From NCBI RefSeq assembly GCF_000008465.1, contig NC_006512.1, positions 1,800,001 to 1,832,000 on the forward strand: a stretch of 32,000 nt of DNA, in the 5' to 3' direction. Under the pieces are notes generated by a model. The model worked only from the letters and a program-made list of their open reading frames with translations. It was not told where the DNA came from and made no database searches. Positions 30,100-32,000 of the stretch are shown here, piece by piece. Numbering within the stretch: position 1 is the first letter of the stretch; every line of letters begins with the position of its first letter. Source of the DNA: Idiomarina loihiensis L2TR (lineage in GTDB: Bacteria; Pseudomonadota; Gammaproteobacteria; Enterobacterales; Alteromonadaceae). Made by a program: the position numbers and the translations under genes.

Positions 30100-32000
30100 T
30101 TATCCGGCGTCTGTCATCGCCACAGCCTGTTCAACATCAACCGCTACCAATCTCGAAACGCCCGCTTCCTGCATTGTTACCCCTGCCAGATGGGTAGCCA
30201 TTTCCATTGCCACTTTATTGTGACTTATATAAATAAATTGCACCGATTCCGACATTTCACTCACCAGACGGCAGAACCGTCCTACGTTGGCATCATCTAA
30301 TGGCGCATCAACCTCATCTAACAGGCAAAAAGGTGCCGGATTCAAGCGAAATATCGCGAATACCAATGATAATGCGGTCAGTGCCTTTTCTCCACCGCTA
30401 AGCAAATGAATTGTACTGTTTTTCTTGCCCGGTGGCCTTGCCATGATGGTAACCCCGGTTTCCAGTAAGTCATCATCGGTAAGTTCCAGAGTGGCACTGC
30501 CACCACCAAAAACTTTCGGAAACAGAATTTGTAAATCATGGTTTATCGCATCAAAAGTGGTTTTAAACCGATGTCGCGTTTCCTTATCAATCTTACGAAT
30601 CGCCGCTTCTAAAGTGTCTAGCGCCGATGATAGATCATCCACTTGCTGGTCGAGGTACTGTTTACGTTCTCTTTGCGCTTCGGCTTCATCAATTGCCGCC
30701 AGGTTAATAGCGCCTAAGCGTTTTATTTTATTTTGTATTGACTCCAGCTCTTGCTGCCACTGCTTTTCATCAGCGTCGGAAGAGAGTTCTTCCAGTATAT
30801 TTTTCAATGTAAGGCCTGTTTCAGCCAGCGTTTCCAGCACAGCCTGACTACGTTCCTGCAATTTAGCCTGCTCAATTTCAGTACTCTGCATAGCCTCTTT
30901 GGCCTGGCTTATTTTGACCTGAATTGCAGATTGTCCTTGAGTTATTTGCTGCAAGTCGTGCTCTAACCGCGACAATTGCTGACGTTGTTCCTGCAATTGT
31001 TCTGAAACTTCACCACGCTTATCCAGCAATTCGGTTAACTGATCATCAAGAGCACTCTGATTTTCATCTGTCTCGTTAGTCTGTTGCTCACTGCGTTCCT
31101 GCCGAAGTTGCTGGTAACGTTGTTCACTGCGCTGCAGTAATTTCTGTAACTGTGCAGCCTGAGCCTGTAAATTCTGCTGTTGCATTGTCATCTGCTGCTG
31201 TTGGCTACGCAGTTGCTGTAACTGTTCATCTTCGGCACGCACTGTAGACTCCAGTTGCTCACCGTAGTCTTCATCAACCTGCTCCGTTTGCTCCAGTAAC
31301 AACTCATACTCTTCCAACTGCATTTCGATTTGCTGTTGCTGCTCAGCGGCGTTTTCCGCATGCAATCGTTGCTCTTGCTGCTTATCTCGCAGACTCATTA
31401 ACTGCTGCTGTATTTGCTCGGCCTGCTGTAAGTTCCACTGCAGCCGCTCTTCAACTTTCCCCTGCTCGTTACGGGTCTGTTGAACCTGCTCATTAACCTG
31501 CTCCAGCTGCTCTTGCGCCTGTTCAACCTGCGTCTGAGTTTGCTCCAGCTGCGTTTCACTTTCAGACAACCTGGAAGCCAGCACTTGCAGTTGTTCTAGT
31601 AAATTTTGGCGCTGTGTCTGCAAATGAAGAACACTGTTATCTTCGTCAACTCGAGCCGCGATAAAACCGTCCTGCCAATACCAATTGCCGGTTTTTGATA
31701 CCGCAAAACTGGCATTGCTTTGTTGTAATTGCTGCTTCGCATCAGCATCCTGTTCAATCGCCAGACACTGCTGCAACGGCGCCCAATAACGTAACGGACC
31801 TTTAACCTTACTGGCCAGAGACCAGTTTTCAGGCTCTTGTCCACTCACAGGCCACACCAGCTTCACCCCAGAAACCGCTTTCAATTCTTCCGGAGTTTGT
31901 TCCAGAACCACGGCATCCAGCCAGTCGTAAGCCAACTGCTCAACCGCCATTTCCCAGCCACTTTCAGCCTGCAGTAACTCCCTCACTTTCAAGCTGTCTG
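30100..32000 (-). CDS. smc: Chromosome segregation protein SMC, C-terminal ~633 codons; N-terminus lies beyond the window end
   Basis: The reading frame stays open to the window edge. The M at 31992 in the ORF track is an internal TTG codon. It has a hinge-proximal region and a long Gln/Glu-rich coiled coil. The C-terminal ABC head carries the signature [12 protein letters not shown] and Walker [17 protein letters not shown]. Confidence 0.93.
   Translation of the reverse strand, partial: DSLKVRELLQAESGWEMAVEQLAYDWLDAVVLEQTPEELKAVSGVKLVWPVSGQEPENWSLASKVKGPLRYWAPLQQCLAIEQDADAKQQLQQSNASFAVSKTGNWYWQDGFIAARVDEDNSVLHLQTQRQNLLEQLQVLASRLSESETQLEQTQTQVEQAQEQLEQVNEQVQQTRNEQGKVEERLQWNLQQAEQIQQQLMSLRDKQQEQRLHAENAAEQQQQIEMQLEEYELLLEQTEQVDEDYGEQLESTVRAEDEQLQQLRSQQQQMTMQQQNLQAQAAQLQKLLQRSEQRYQQLRQERSEQQTNETDENQSALDDQLTELLDKRGEVSEQLQEQRQQLSRLEHDLQQITQGQSAIQVKISQAKEAMQSTEIEQAKLQERSQAVLETLAETGLTLKNILEELSSDADEKQWQQELESIQNKIKRLGAINLAAIDEAEAQRERKQYLDQQVDDLSSALDTLEAAIRKIDKETRHRFKTTFDAINHDLQILFPKVFGGGSATLELTDDDLLETGVTIMARPPGKKNSTIHLLSGGEKALTALSLVFAIFRLNPAPFCLLDEVDAPLDDANVGRFCRLVSEMSESVQFIYISHNKVAMEMATHLAGVTMQEAGVSRLVAVDVEQAVAMTDAG

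Noticed and set aside
30425-30847. 140-aa Ser-rich ORF on the plus strand inside smc
   Set aside because: It is the mirror image of the Gln/Glu/Leu-rich coiled-coil codons (CTG/CTC/TTG read antisense). The stop-free run is explained by composition, not coding.

Overview
This window reads as a conserved core-chromosome segment of a marine gammaproteobacterium. The Alteromonadales-like assignment is inferred from gene content and order, not verified. I call 24 protein genes and two tandem tRNA-Asp(GTC) genes. In order they are: bkdA1 (partial), astE, a DUF599 membrane protein, a two-gene RND efflux pair, a CPA2/RCK cation:proton antiporter, a GGDEF cyclase, tilS, accA, dnaE, ndh, dcp, tRNA-Asp x2, a TIGR03503-like membrane protein, dnaQ, rnhA, a rhodanese, a YafS-like methyltransferase, gloB, mltD, an orphan secreted protein, ligA, zipA and smc (partial). 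From 1 to 22.4 kb every gene except the GGDEF gene is on the minus strand, and genes are tightly packed. Two blocks match the E. coli orders dnaE-accA-(..)-tilS and mltD-gloB-yafS-rnhA-dnaQ-tRNA-Asp. I found no CRISPR array, IS/transposase, integrase, prophage genes or recognisable defence or toxin-antitoxin module, so I cannot support a large novel system here. The best candidates for undescribed biology are small lineage-specific genes wedged into housekeeping synteny. (a) An orphan secreted 168-aa protein is coupled to the lytic transglycosylase mltD and overlaps the ligA stop. (b) A signal-peptide/TM-anchored protein starts inside the 3' end of dnaQ. (c) A YafS-like methyltransferase is translationally coupled (ATGA) to a single-domain rhodanese, whose stop codon shares a 19-nt palindrome with the rnhA stop. 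(d) A head-on GGDEF gene overlaps tilS 3' end to 3' end. All functional ideas for these four are inference. No database or structure searches could be run.
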